Positions 41,684 to 55,339 of a stretch of DNA of 64,000 nucleotides are shown here, one piece after another. The translations under genes and the position numbers were made by a program. How positions within the stretch are numbered: position 1 is the first letter of the stretch; each line of letters opens with the position of its first letter. Location of the stretch: assembly GCF_006345805.1 (NCBI RefSeq), contig NC_043002.1:32612001-32676000 (forward strand). The letters run 5' to 3'. This stretch comes from Octopus sinensis (taxonomy: Eukaryota). The notes beneath the pieces were generated by a model. The model was not told where the DNA came from and made no database searches. It was given only the letters and a program-made list of their open reading frames with translations.

Positions 41684-41684
<1 letters not shown>

Positions 41685-42840
41685 TGAAGTGGATCAAGCG
41701 TTTCCTGACAGACAGATCTCAACATGTTGTAGTTGAAGGAGTAAAATCAAGTCCAGCCAAAGTCAGTAGTAGTGTTCCGCAAGGCAATGTGCTGGGCCCA
41801 CTTCTTTTCATCATTTACATTAATGACATTAATGTCATCATCAAGCACAGCAACATAAAAATCTTTGCAGATGATTCCAAGCTACAGAAGGTCATAAATG
41901 AGGCGAGTGACCGGACATGCCTTCAGTCAGATCTACTGGCTGTTATCCAATGGGCAGAAAAAAAACATGCTGCTGAACGAGGATACATTTGAGTTAATCC
42001 ACTTTGGAAAAGAGGATGCCCTGAAACTCCCATACTCCCTTCCTTCAGGTGAAACTCTCGCGGCGTTCAACAACATCAGAGACTTGGGAGTAATTGTGGA
42101 CAACAACATAAGCTGGGCCACTCATATAAACACCAAAGTTGACATGGCCCGCAGAATGTGTTCCTGGATTCTCAGAACTTTCCAGTCGAGAGATATCCAC
42201 ACCATTATCCTTCTCTTCTCCACTTTTGCCCGACCCCACCTTGAATACTGTTGTCCACTGTGGTCTCCCCACACAATAAAAGGTATCATAAAAGTTGAAG
42301 CACCTCAAAGGGCAATCACAAAAAAGATAGATGGCATGACAGGCCTCGACTATTGGGGTCGACTAGAAAAGCTAAAGCTTTATTCTCTCCAACGTCGTCG
42401 TGAGCGCTACATCATCTGCATGATGTGGAAAATATTCCATCAGCATTGCCCAAATGATGTTGGCATCACCTTTAAGGTACATCCAAGGCTTGGGCCCCGT
42501 GCCATCCGCCCAAAACAAAAATCGCACTCTCATCTCATAACAACAATACGGCACAATTATTTCACCTCAACTGGCCCCGCTCTCTTTAACATTACACCAA
42601 AACACATAAAAACAGAAACTGACCCTATAGGGTTCAAGAAGTCTCTGGACAGATTCTTTCAAGAAATCCCGGATAAACCCCCTACACCCGGACATGTCTC
42701 TGTAAACAATAACTCTCTACTTGAGTGGGCCATAGTGCCCAAATTCTGACTTGAAAGACTTCACCAGGTGGTGCTATTAAGTTAGACATGGCCTGGGCCA
42801 ATAATGGCCGAAACCTATCAAAGTATCAAAGTATCAAAGT
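41684..42840 (+). mobile_element. Young 5'-truncated CR1/L2-type LINE with (ATCAAAGT)n tail
   Basis: VPQGNVLGPLLF, FADDSKL, RDLGVIVD, RPHLEYCCPLWSPH; frameshift near 41965; flanked by (TA)n. Confidence 0.93.
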
Positions 42841-42871
42841 ATATATATATATATATAATATATATATATAT

Positions 42872-43118
42872 ATTATATTAAATTAGAGACAAAACCACTA
42901 TTAGGCAAATCATACAATGAAAAACTTAAGCCAATACATAAGATTATTTAATTTATATTATTTAAATATATAACAAAATTATTAAAAAAATATAATTAAT
43001 ATATCACTACGATCATTTCATGGCTGTTAATTTCTTTAAATTTTCGAGTTACAGTCATTCATCAGGTGGTTTAAATATGATTTGCCTAATAGTGGTTTTG
43101 TCTCTAATTTAATATAAT
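42872..43118. repeat. Inverted-repeat cassette (43-bp arms) enclosing a hammerhead motif
   Basis: attatattaaattagagacaaaaccactattaggcaaatcata / tatgatttgcctaatagtggttttgtctctaatttaatataat. Confidence 0.85.
43005..43068 (-). ncRNA. Minimal type I hammerhead ribozyme motif
   Basis: cac CUGAUGA augacuguaa...uuaacagccau GAAAU gauc GUA gug: intact core, long stem II, palindromic GAUC loop, only a 3-bp stem I. Confidence 0.6.
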
Positions 43119-43196
43119 ATAATATTTTACTATAAAATTGGATTCAATCCTAAATCTGATTTTTCCCTGTAAGTTTGGATTTATTCCCTAATATTT

Positions 43197-43262
<66 letters not shown>

Positions 43263-43397
43263 CATATTGACAATAATAAGGTAGTCAGAATGTTGGATGA
43301 TAATAAATATTTTTACTTACAGTTTAAGCGCTTTCTTCAGTTATCGGATTTATGAAAAAAGTGGTTTATTGTAAGTTTGCATGGGCTTTTAATATAA

Positions 43398-43558
43398 AAT
43401 TTTCTTTTCTACTCTAGGCACAAGACCCGGGATTTTGGAGGAGGGGGCCAGTCGATTAGAGCGACCCCAGTAGGCAACTGGTACCTAATTTATCGACCCC
43501 GAAAGGATGAAAGGCAAAGTCCACCTCGGCGGAATTTGAACTCAGAATTTGAACTTAG
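43398..43558 (-). mobile_element. SINE family A copy
   Basis: Reverse complement of the 32290 copy. Confidence 0.85.
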
Positions 43559-44161
43559 AAAGGAAAGTTCAAGGGTGAGAGAGGAGGAGAGAATGAGAGA
43601 TAGTGAATATAGGGACAAGAAAATAAAGTAGGTGTGTTTTGGTTGTTTGCAGAAGAAGGGAAAAGAATGATGAAAAAATTTTGAATGGTGGGGAGGCATG
43701 ATTAGCCACGCTTCCTCCTCCCTCTCAAACCAGTTTCTTATGGAGTAGAAAAGAAACAAGTCTTTGATACACTGACATATAGGGTAGAAATACAATCAGA
43801 ATATAGCTCACAACACCTTCGAGAAGATAGCCTTGGAGCGAACAAAATAGAGGTCCTCGTCTCAAAAGGCATGTGATAATTTGTTTCATTAACAGGCTTA
43901 GGGGTGCAAGGCAAAGGAGAAAATCAGGTGCAAATATACTGCCTGACTGCCTCTACTGACCTGTAATCCTCATACTTGCAACATCTGCTGTCTTCTTTGC
44001 AAATCCTTGGCAAAACTCAAATGTTGCATCCGACATGAGCATTGATACTGATAAAGAATGTGTAGCTTGTCGGATTTCCATTTCGAAACTGACGGGAGAG
44101 TCCATCATACATGGGTGTATGCGTGTGTGTGTGTGTGTGTATGTATGTTTGTGTGTGTGTT

Positions 44162-44192
<31 letters not shown>

Positions 44193-44384
44193 CTGTGTGT
44201 GTGTGTGTGTGTGTGCGTGTGTCTGTGTCTGTGTCTGTCTGTGTGTGTGTCTGTGTTTGTATACATATATATATATAAAGTTAAATAATGAGGGTGGAAA
44301 TAAATATTAATTAAATTAATATTAATTTAAAACAGTGGCCCAGCATATCTTAAATATCCGAAGATTCAGGAAAAATTATATAAC

Positions 44385-44860
44385 ATACAAATAAGAGGAA
44401 TGATCACTAGTTGGATTCCTAATATGCTAGAGGAAGACCCAATATGGTCTGACCACTAAGAAGAGTTTTCTCAAGAAATTACGGCAAACGCCAGAACGTA
44501 AAATGAATAAGACAAATGTAAAGAAACAAAATTTGGTAATAAGTCATCTAGCAATGTTTCATAGTTACCATTTACATTACGTAAATATACTCTCATGTTA
44601 GGATGTCTCGTGTATAGTTCTGTAAATTATATTTTCCGTGACGGTCACACTGATGATTTGCGAACATTTACGTATTGTAACAATGAAACCTAGTATGTGA
44701 CTTATCACCAAATTTTGTATCTTTTTATTTGTCTTGCTCGCTTTACGTCCTGGCATTTGCCGAAATTTCTTGAGAACTATTTTTCTTGGTGGTCAGACCA
44801 TATGGGGTCTTTCTCTAGCATATTAGGTATCCACCTATCGGTCATTCCTATTATTTGTAT
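44385..44860. mobile_element. Foldback element with ~200-bp diverged arms and a central hammerhead motif
   Basis: Arms ~44385-44586 / ~44665-44860 are reverse complements with substitutions. Confidence 0.75.
44644..44701 (+). ncRNA. Type I hammerhead-like motif
   Basis: gucaca CUGAUGA uuug...caau GAAAC cua GUA ugugac: 6-bp stem I, intact core, imperfect stem II. Confidence 0.5.
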
Positions 44861-44921
<61 letters not shown>

Positions 44922-45098
44922 GATAGATAGATAGATAGATAGATAGATCAAAATAGTTTGCTTTAGAATCATTGGCAGAAGACTATACACGTATTCAAAC
45001 TCTGAGTACCAGGGATTCTGAATCAGGTTGTTTTAATCAATACATGTAACTCCCAATAAATGTGTTGAGTGTACTTCTTTCGTTTGTCTACTCACTTG

Positions 45099-45255
<157 letters not shown>

Positions 45256-45284
45256 ATATATAATATATATATATATATGTATAT

Positions 45285-47268
45285 GTTAGTTAGTTAGTTA
45301 ATTTGGCTCAAAAGCAAATAGCAAGGCCATGTAGGGGGACATGGAGTTAAGTACAGGGTGGTGTTCATGTAAAGAGTTCACGCCACTTGAGGTCAAGGGA
45401 GGCTTTGAACAAAGCGGTCGTCGGCATCTTCACCATCTCGTCTGGCAGCTTGTTCCACGGATCCGCAACCCGGATGGAGAAAGCTCCTCTCCTTCGATTG
45501 AGATGAAATCGTCGCAGGTAGAGCTTTTCGGAATGACACCGCAGCCGACGCTCTGGAGCAGGAGTGAAGAACAGCTCTTTCGAGAGGTTACACTTTCCGC
45601 TTATGATGCTGTGGGCGAGAATGAGATCACCACGGCGGCGGTGTTTTTCTAGAGAATAAAGGTCGAGCGTCCTCAGCCTTTCTTCATAGGACAAATTTTT
45701 GAGACCATGAACCATGCGGGTAGCCAGCTTCTGGACTCTTTCGAGATGTCTTTGAGGAGATAAGGAGAAGAGGCTTGAATCCCGTATTCCAATATGGGTC
45801 TCACCAGCATGACATAGAGTGGTAGGAATATGGCTGCTGTGAGCATTCCGAATGACCGTCGAATCAAGAACAGAATTCCGCGTGCTTTGTTGGCAGCATG
45901 GACGCACTGGGCCGAAGGCGTAAAGGAGGAATCCACCAAGATACCCAGGTCCTTTACTTGATCGGTCCTCTCCAGCAGCAGACGACCCGGCTCGAAATCA
46001 AGTTGAGTTGCAGGAGAGCCAACAGGCAGATGACAGCACTTTGACACGTTCAGACACGTCCCATTCGTTAGACCACCTCCAAATTTGGTGGAGGCATCGA
46101 CGAAGATCCTCTAAATCACCGCGAGGAGCAACCAGTTTGACATCGTCGGCAAATAGAAGGGTGTGTTGCGTGAGGTCGTCGGGCAAGTCATTTATGAAGA
46201 ATAAGAACAATAAGGGCCCAAGCACTGAACCTTGAGGCACGCCACTGCTGGCACTGGAGACGTCGGACTGCGAACCATTAACTTGGACTTGGAAGGAGCG
46301 ATCTGAAAGGAAGGCACAAGGAAGGTACAATATCCGGATGGAAACTATATGCTTGAAGCTTGACAAGTAATAGGCGGTGGTTTACCGAGTCAAAAGCTTT
46401 GACAAAGTCCAATAAAACGATGTCAACAGCATCACTATCATCGAGGATGCGCGTCACCAATTCTTCCATTACCAGTAAGTTGGTCAAGCATGATCTCTTC
46501 GGCACGAAGCCGTGTTGGGAATCAGAGATGAAGGCTGTGTTTTGGAGGTGGAGCATCATACTTTTTTTAAGGATGGTTTCGAACATCTTGCTGATTATTG
46601 ATGTAAGGGAAACCGGTCGGTAGTTAAGCGGGTCTTCGCGGCTCCCTTTCTTGAAAATTGGGCAGATTACCGCTGTTCTCCAGTCCGCAGGTATAACACC
46701 TGTCGCCAATTACATATTGAATAGACGTGTTAAGGGCTCGCAGATGACCGGAGCCAACGCTTTGATAACCCGTGGGTGTAAGCCGTCAGGGCCGTGACCC
46801 TTGTTGACATCGAGGCCTTGAATAACACGTTTCACTTCGTCCCGCGTGATGACCAATCGAAGCATTGGAGGTACCGATCTATCAAATGGAGGGGGTTCAC
46901 GACCGTCATCTTGTTTGAAAATAGTTGAAAAAGCCTCGGCAAATAATCGACTCTGCTGATAAGGGTCCTCAATCTATACGCCTGTTGAGTCTACCAACGT
47001 TGCAATCTGGTTGTTCAAGCGGGAATTCCGTTGGACATGGGCAAAGAAGGTTTTTGGATTGCAACTGGCATTTGCCGCGATTTTGTATTCATAACTGAAG
47101 CGTCCTTCCTTTTCAATTTTCACGGCTCGGTCTCGTATATATACTGTGTTCGGATGCAAGGGCTGTCTGAGTAGGGTAATGTGGGGTAGTGCCTCTGATG
47201 AGGTAAGGTGTGGTACTCTTTGGAGTAGTTCGTCCGCTTTGGCCCTCACCTGACATCCAACTTTCACC
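45285..47268 (-). mobile_element. 5'-truncated CR1/L2-type LINE, GC-rich, (TAAC)n tail
   Basis: PIFKKGSREDPLNYRPVSLTS, QHGFVPKRSCLTNLL, LDFVKAFDSVNH, SGVPQGSVLGPLLF, FADDVKL, RRRGDLI; frameshifts. Confidence 0.93.
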
Positions 47269-47269
47269 T

Positions 47270-49612
47270 ATGGCTCCTCGAAGATGTTAGCATGCTACAG
47301 CAGCCACACCCCGAGCAATGGCTTCCACAGCCTGGCTGAAACTTGGTTAGGGTAGACGATGGCTTTCAACCCTTGTTGGGCTAGCTTTTGTCTACCTTTA
47401 CATGTGAAGGATAGACCCAGCGGACTGTGCGGAATATTCCACAAGATTCGTTCAACAAGCATGAAGCCGAACCAGCAAGTATTGTGGAGCGTGAACTGTA
47501 GAGTTATACTCGATGGCCATCATTTCCACCCAATGTATCCTGACCTATCTCTTGTCTTCACTTCGTCCTGTCTCTGGAATCAGATAGGAAGAGACAAGGG
47601 AGAATGAGACATGTCACACGCAAGTCAACACATCACACTCAGATACCGCTACAACTCAGCCCTCAAGAACATTACCACTGCTCAATATGGACAAGAGCAT
47701 ACACGTCACTGACAACGATGAAATCCTGGGAAGATGGACTATATCCTGAATAAGACTTCCTCTATGAACGCCGAGGCCATTGCTCGCATGCCCCAATTGA
47801 CATCAATATTCCTCTGATAGAGCCTCCAGCAGAAACAAGAGATCAAGAATATTATCAGAATTCCTTAAAGTAGCAAGGCATTAGACTCTAAGTCAATTCC
47901 AGCTGAACTGTACAAGGCGTGTGACCACTGATGGCAGAGAAGATAACCAATCTCTTTCAGACTATGTGGTAACTAGAAACTGTTCATCAGGAGCTGAAAA
48001 GTGTTGCTATACTCCATCTCTACAGGAGAAATGAAAACAGGCAGCCCTGTGACGACGTTTGAGGAATTTCTCTCCTTAGCATCGCTGGCAAGATATTAGC
48101 AAAAGTTCACATTAACCGCCTTACTCATCACTTGGAAGACGGGAATCTACCAGAGAGTGAGTGTGAGATGAGAAATGGCAGTGAGACGGTCGACACGATC
48201 CTTGTGCTACACCAACTTCATGCGAAGTGTCATGAATAGAACAGAGATCAATACACAACATATGTTGATTTAACCAATTCCTTTGACGCCATCAGTCGTG
48301 AGGGGTTTTGGAGGATATTGAGAAAATACGGCCGTCTGGAAAAATTCATCAGCATGGTGTCAGTTTCTCGGTGCCATGCTCGCTCCAGTCGGGGACAATG
48401 GAGATTCTTTCGATACATTTCTAGTTATTAACGGAAACAAGGAGTGCTGACTACTCGTACCTACGCAGTTCAGCATGACGTTCCTAACTATGCTATAGAT
48501 GTTTTCTGCGACGTCAACGAAAACAGCGTCAAGATCAGATTCAGAACTAAGGAAGACTCTTCAGCCTGCAGTGACTACAGGCCAAGACCAAGGTGAAAGG
48601 GGATACAGTGCGCGTCTTTCTGTCCTCAGACGAGTGCGCGCTCAATGCCACCACAGAGGCTCAGATGCAACAGAGCATGAACCATGAACTACTTTATGAT
48701 TGCCTGCAACAAAGTTGATCCCACAACCAGTAATCAGAAAGCAGAAGTCATGCACTAACCTGCCCCGCAGAGGCTGTAGAACCAACTATCACTGTTAAAG
48801 GGGAAATGCTGAAGGTTGTTGATAAGTTCACGTATCTTGAATCTAGCACATTCTCTAGATCTGTAAACACTGACGATGAAATCGAAACACGCTTCGCAGT
48901 GAGAAGCTCTGCGTTCGTGCAGCTACGTGAACCAGTGTGAGAAAAGATAGGTAAGAGGCTGGCAACCAAGTTGAAGGTATGCCAAGCAGTTGTACTACCT
49001 AGGCTACTGTACACCTGCAAAATTTGGACGGTTTACGAACGCCACGCCAAACAGTTGAACGGCTTCCACATGAACTGTCTGAGAAAACTGCAGAAAATCA
49101 CTTGGCAAGACAATGTCCCAGATACGGAGTTCCTGTTCTGAACTAATCTGCCAAGCATTTACACACTGCTGAGGAGAGCACAAGTCAGGAGGAAGAGCCA
49201 CCTCGTCCTAATGTTTCACACACGACTCCCGAAGAGACTGTTTTATAGCGAACTGGTAGAAGGCAAGCGCACGCAAGGTGAACAGAAAAAACTCCAGGAT
49301 ACACTCAAAGCCTCACTAAAGTGCTTTTCGATCAAGCGTGGAACCTGGGAAACGCAAACACAAAACTGCCGATCTGGCGAATCTGCACCAATAGAGATAC
49401 CACCTCCTAGGAACTGAACAAGATTGTAGGAGCACAAAGAACTGCGCAAGTCCAGAGACAACTACTTACTTTCAATAAACCATCAGTGCCCAATCTTCAG
49501 CAGATCCTTCCGAGCTTGCATCAGACTGATGGTCCACAGCCAGACATACCGTGATCCGTCTTCTTCCCCCATGCGATGTCCTTGGTCATCGTCGACAACG
49601 TTGGACGAACTA
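47270..49612 (+). mobile_element. Decayed RTE (BovB-like) LINE
   Basis: Reconstructed ITWQDNVPDTEFL, RLPKRLFYSELVEGKR..G.QKK..DTLKASLK; C-terminal zinc-finger-like reading; 3' gtcatcgtcgacaacgttggacgaac tail. Confidence 0.85.
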
Positions 49613-50204
49613 ACGTATGTAAGGAATGTTCGGGCTAAATTTAAGGATTTTGGGCCTCCTTTTTTGAACAATTGCTTCATGTATTGCTGAACAGTTGTAG
49701 CTGAATAAAATTTAATCAGTCATGGAGAATTGAAAGCCATCTACAAACCAAACACAAAATTATCTACTTTGTTTCAGCTTTAAACCTCGTATGTGAATTA
49801 GGAATTACTTCACTAAACTGTATTAAATAGGGAAAATGTAATCGTTTAATATACTCATATTGAGGGAAGAATAAAGCCTGTTCATTGTACGTCTGCCCCA
49901 GCACTGAAAAAAATGCCATGAGTGACCACTAATCTCAGCCTTTATACAAGAATAATTAATGAAATAAAGTATAAAACTTTATCTTTTTCTATTTCTTTTT
50001 CTTTTTTTTCTAAAGTTTAGACTCTGAAACGCATCTTTTTAACTTTCCGGATAAAAATGAACCAGCTATTTTGCAATTGATTTCAAGAGGAACACGAAGT
50101 AAGAAATTAAATAAATAAATGAATAAATATGAGAACCTGGAAATTAAATTATCTTCTTTATGTAACATCAGTTGAGCTGGTTTATGACTTCACACAGTTA
50201 ATAT

Positions 50205-50410
50205 TGGTTTCAAATTTTGGCACAAGGCCAGCAAGTTTGGTAAGGGGGCTAGTCGATTACATCGACTCCAGTGTTCAACTGGTACTTATTTTATCGACCC
50301 CGAGAGAGACGAAAAGGAAAGTCAACCTCAACAGAAGTTAAACTCACAGAGTTAAGACAGACGAAATGCCGTGAAGGATTTTGCTCGGTGTGCTAAAGAT
50401 ACTGCCGGTT
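50205..50410 (-). mobile_element. Diverged SINE family A copy
   Basis: ggcacaaggccagc...aaaggaaagtcaacctc...gaaatgccg...ttttgctcggtgtgctaa. Confidence 0.75.
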
Positions 50411-52821
50411 AATATTTAGGAAATCTTCTGAAAGTTAGAGATTGGGCCATAAATTCTGAAAAAGGGTATAATTCTTTACTTTTAGCTGTGCTAAATATCT
50501 TTAGTCATACATCTCTTTCATGCATAATCTTTAAGAATACATTCTTTAATTGATGTTCTCTCGATAATATGACACGACGGGGGTTGATAATGCTGATTCA
50601 TCTGGAGTAGATTTCATACAATATTTAATAGATTACTCTAGTATTATTAATCTTATGAAAATTGTGAGAATTGTTTCTTTTTTTTCTTTTCTATTTCAAA
50701 CTTCAGTTGCATATAAATAAGCGTACGTAATTACAAGGGTGAATTTATTCATCTGCTTGTAGCAACGTCCATTTTACATCGAATTTGTAGACGAAATTTA
50801 GCATGAGTTGCGCGTATTTTACGTATTTTAAGTAACAACAATGAATACATCAACAACAAAACTGAGCTGACTATACCTATAAATACTGACAATAGCTTTT
50901 ATTAGGCAGCTAACTCTTTATACGACAACTGAGTAATGAAGTGAGCAGTCTGGAGAATAGCTAAATTTTTAAAGTAAAACACTGAGTCACAATGAAATAT
51001 AAAATATCTTTAATCAGGCCAGCCTGTATTGTAATCATACAAAATTATACAAGGATACATGATGAAAATTTAAAAATATATATCGTAAGATTTTTACTAA
51101 AAGTTATTTAACGCATAAGAAAATTATTATAATTTTAAAATTAGTAATATAATGTGTGTTATAAAATCACGATTTTTAATGTAAGAATATATCTTTGTTT
51201 TAACATTGATTCATTTCCCCTGCTTCATATAATAAATGCTAATACAGATATTACAATGTAATAATATTGCAGCTAAAAATGTGGCACTAAATATTTGGTT
51301 AATCTTCTGGACTGTTCAATCATTTATTTAAAATAGGATCTTACAGGACTATTAAAGAGTGTTATATTTCATTTATTTATTTATATATTTATTTTTGTTG
51401 CATAGAATTTTCTCAAGAAATAATAGAAATTATTACGAGTGTGAGTCAAAAGGTAATGCAAATAATAATTAGATTACTTTCTAAGTCATCTACGTACAAA
51501 GGAATATAACAAAGGGCTGTATTAAAAACACATTTTACAAGTATTTTTGAAATGTTATCTAAATGTTATCTACCCTGGAAATATTGCACATTTGCAACTG
51601 GAGTTGGATATAATATACAGGTGGGCTGAGGACAACAGCATGCAGTTTAATGCAGGGAAGTTCTATTAACAATCTGAGATGATTTCCTTTAATTATCTAT
51701 TCTAAAATTAAGAATCTGGTGTGTGCTGATGATTAAAATAAGTTAAAAATTGATTCATAACATTAATGCCCTATATCAATTTAGTATATTTATGAATTGG
51801 TAGCAGGAATTAGATAAATGTGTTTTAATTATATAAAGTTTATCTTTTACTTTGGGAGAAAGTATGAAAATTGTGAAAAACTTTATTATTGCTTGATAAA
51901 ATGATAGATATAAGCAAATACTTATTTACTGTTTCTTCAGATTTAGCCTGTATATCCAGTAATATTTGAAGAGAAAGTAACTTCTAGGTTGATAAACTTA
52001 TTAGTGCCACATGTAAAGTAAAGTTATTAATTTTTATAATATTATGCATTTATTCATTTTAGTAATATTTTAAATGCCACCCCACGCTTGCATGGGTTAA
52101 ATGGTACAGTTATTATTCATTTTGATAAAAGAATATATTTTTCATAATTTTGCATTTTAATTATTATATCTAATTTAATTTTAATTTCCGTTAAAAAAAA
52201 ATCTCAAAATAAAAAAGAAATTGATTGGTGTAATCTTAAAACTTGGTTATCGTGTCCATGTTCAATCTGAAAAATAAAACAAATTTTGATTATTGGTGAG
52301 CCGTGTTGTATAAAGATAGAATAAATCCTCAAAAAGAGGTCACTAGAAAGAGTGATTACCTGTAAAGTTGTACAATACCATCCTAAAAAGGAACCGCACA
52401 CCGGACAATGCGGTTCTAGATATAACCAGTCTCGTGGGGGAAGGGTTAAACTGACATGATAAAAGCGCTTTTCTATTTGTGCCTTCACTCTTATTGTATT
52501 TCTGCTGTCTGCTTTTACTATAGTCTTCGTTACACATTACTCATCTAGTTTTCCCTGATGTCAGTATAAAAGATGATCATCATAGTCCGTCATATGGTCT
52601 CTAGTAATATACCAACTAGCATCTTTAACATTTGATTGCAAAGACACCAAGGAACTCATAAACTTTCCATGAGAGAAAGTCAAATCTATGTTAAAGTTAA
52701 TTATATACACACAAAAAGATAGATGGATACATAGATTGATACACTTATGTGTTGTTTATATGTTTATGCCTGTATGTATGTATATATGTATATATATGTA
52801 TGTATGTATGTGTGTGTGTCA

Positions 52822-53627
52822 TTATTATTATTATTATTATTTATGGGTTTTTCTTCTTCTTTCAAATTTGCTTCCATTTCTTGCCGAGTGTCTTCCCGAC
52901 TCCTAGGGCAAAGAAACTCATAGTATACATTGGTAGGCCATTAAACTAAACTCACTAGTTCGTTCATTTTTTTTTATAGAAATAAAGTTAAATTAAAATA
53001 CATGGGTAGTAATAGTTCTCACATCGACAATGCTCTTCTCAATACGTGTGATGTACCAGTTAAGACAATCTTTTGCACTTCTTGCAGGGATGGTAAGCCA
53101 GGGATCATTCTCATATAATTTTCGGTTCCCTTCTTGATCATTCCTAGTGCTCCTACGATCACTGGTATTGTAACCGCCTTGAGATGCCACATTTTCTCAA
53201 TTTCAATGAGCAGGTCTTTATATTTTCTGAGCTTGTCAAATTCTTTCGCCGCGATATTATGATCACAGGGGATGCTCATGTCGATCAATAAGCAAACTTT
53301 ATTGTTTTGGTCTTTCACAACAATATCCGGTTTATTGGCTTTGATGGCTCGGTCTGTATGTACTGGACTGTCCCACAGAATCGTTACATTTTCTCCTTCA
53401 GTTACAGCTTCAGGGTGGTGATTTTACCACTTGTCGGCAGTTTTGATATTGTAATGCCGACTTATTAGCCAGTGTAGATATTGGCCAACTCTGTCATGTC
53501 TTAATTTATACTCCACTGGTGCTAAGACTTTACATCCAGAGATTAGGTGGTCCTTACATCCAGAGATTAGGTGGTCCTTAACATCCAGAGATTAGGTGGT
53601 CCTTTACATCCAGAGATTAGGTGGTCC

Positions 53628-53630
<3 letters not shown>
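52822..53630 (-). mobile_element. Young 5'-truncated R4/Dong LINE (CCHC + RLE domain) between (TAA)n tracts
   Basis: HLISGCKVLAP.EYK.RHD, KPDIVVKD...CLLIDMSIP, KYKDL, IPVIVGALG, VLRRALSM; (taa)n at both ends. Confidence 0.92.
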
Positions 53631-53664
<34 letters not shown>

Positions 53665-53686
53665 CATCATCATCATCATCATCATC

Positions 53687-53756
<70 letters not shown>

Positions 53757-54295
53757 TCTCTTTATCACAGACTTTGTTGGGGCTTCTGGAGTCTTGCGTG
53801 TGTAGCGGGTTACCACATGCAGCCTACAATGCCATGCTATCCGTTCTTTTCAGCTATCTAATACTTTCCTGGTTATTCTGGCCGTGCCAAAGAGGCAAAC
53901 CTTTTGTATCAGTTCTACTGGGCACTCTATTCCAATTTCCTTTATATTCCTCTTGATGCCTTCTGATATTATTCCCAAGGACCCAACAATAATTAGCACT
54001 GACTTCACCTTCTTCATTTTCCGTAGCTGAGCTATTTCTTACTTTTTCTTCACCCATTCCCCCCACCCGGCCATTTCAATATGCGACTGCGTGTGTATCG
54101 TTGGCGATTTTCTTTCCTGTATTCTCCTCTTTGGACATTTTCTATATTTCTCATGAAGGGCTCCGCTCCAAACATGAAATCCTCTTTTTTTTCTTTCCTT
54201 CCCTGAGCGTCCAATAACACTGAACTTATTCCACGCCGTCGCGTTGTTGTTATTTCTTGCTTGTTAATGTTTGGATTGACTACGCACACACACAC

Positions 54296-54333
<38 letters not shown>

Positions 54334-55069
54334 ACACTCACACACACACATACACACACATACATAAATGAGAGCAGTGTAGTTCGCTTGAAGAAATGTG
54401 CATTATTTGTAAAGAATAAAAAGTTTTGAATGGTACCACAATGCACTATAATACAGACAACGGGCTATTTAGTCATCCGGTTCTGATTTGTTTAAGTCCC
54501 ACTAACTTAGGAGCCCAGCAAAAAGTAAGACAGAATAAGTGTCAGACTTAAAAATAAGTGCTGGGGCCAATCAGTTGGAGTAAAACTGAAGAGTAAAACC
54601 CTTCAAGATGATACCCCCTGTTGTAATTTAGTCATCCATAGTCCGATGATATTTCGGAATAATATTCCTTCTTTAAATATTCTTAGATAGAGTCGGTGCT
54701 ATTATCGGTTATATAACGGCTTTTATAGCAGTCGATTATAGCAGCGACTCCATCTTTTCTTTAATTAGAATTCTCTTTTCTTTAATTAGAATTATTGTTT
54801 TTCATTCTGGAAGAATTATATGCAGGCTTTGGACTAACCGAGAGCTACTTTAATAATTGACCAAAATATAACTTAATTTTTATTATATCAAAACTCGTAA
54901 TTTTTATTCCGCTGTTCCAACACTGCCAACCTGCTTCCCGCATAAAATACTGGCAAGGTGAGATGATCACTTACTTATTATTTATACCCTCAAATATATG
55001 TGCGTGCGTGTGTGTGTATTGATGTATGGATATATTTAAATATATATACATATGCATACACTTTTACAG

Positions 55070-55102
<33 letters not shown>

Positions 55103-55339
55103 CAATTACATACATGTGAGCGTACGCGCGCACGTGCGTGTGTGTGTTTCTACGTGTATACATATATTTACTAATTAACTTATTTTGAGCCTACTTACCG
55201 AGTGGAAGGCGTTTATTCAATTTGGATATTTGGTCTCTTGATTTTAAACTGAAAGTAAACAATGACATTTATTGACATAAATCCTAAGATTAAGCAGATT
55301 CAATAAACTTAGTGCATTATTATAATCTATCAATAAATC

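Noticed and set aside
43322-43369. Plus-strand AG...GTAAGT 48-nt segment
   Set aside because: Isolated, no partner exons; expected by chance in AT-rich DNA.
47190-47210. Other CTGATGA matches (~925, ~7968, ~47195, ~56864)
   Set aside because: No downstream GAAA/NUH with pairing stems; they lie within coding sequence or have no structure.
51615-51665. WAEDNSMQFNAGKF reading
   Set aside because: Tiny CR1 RT scrap; too short to list as an element.
52204-52488. ORF with HCPVCGSFLGWY resembling a Yippee/CULT zinc motif
   Set aside because: Only one CxxC, no first pair or flanking similarity; several alternative splice readings, none supported.
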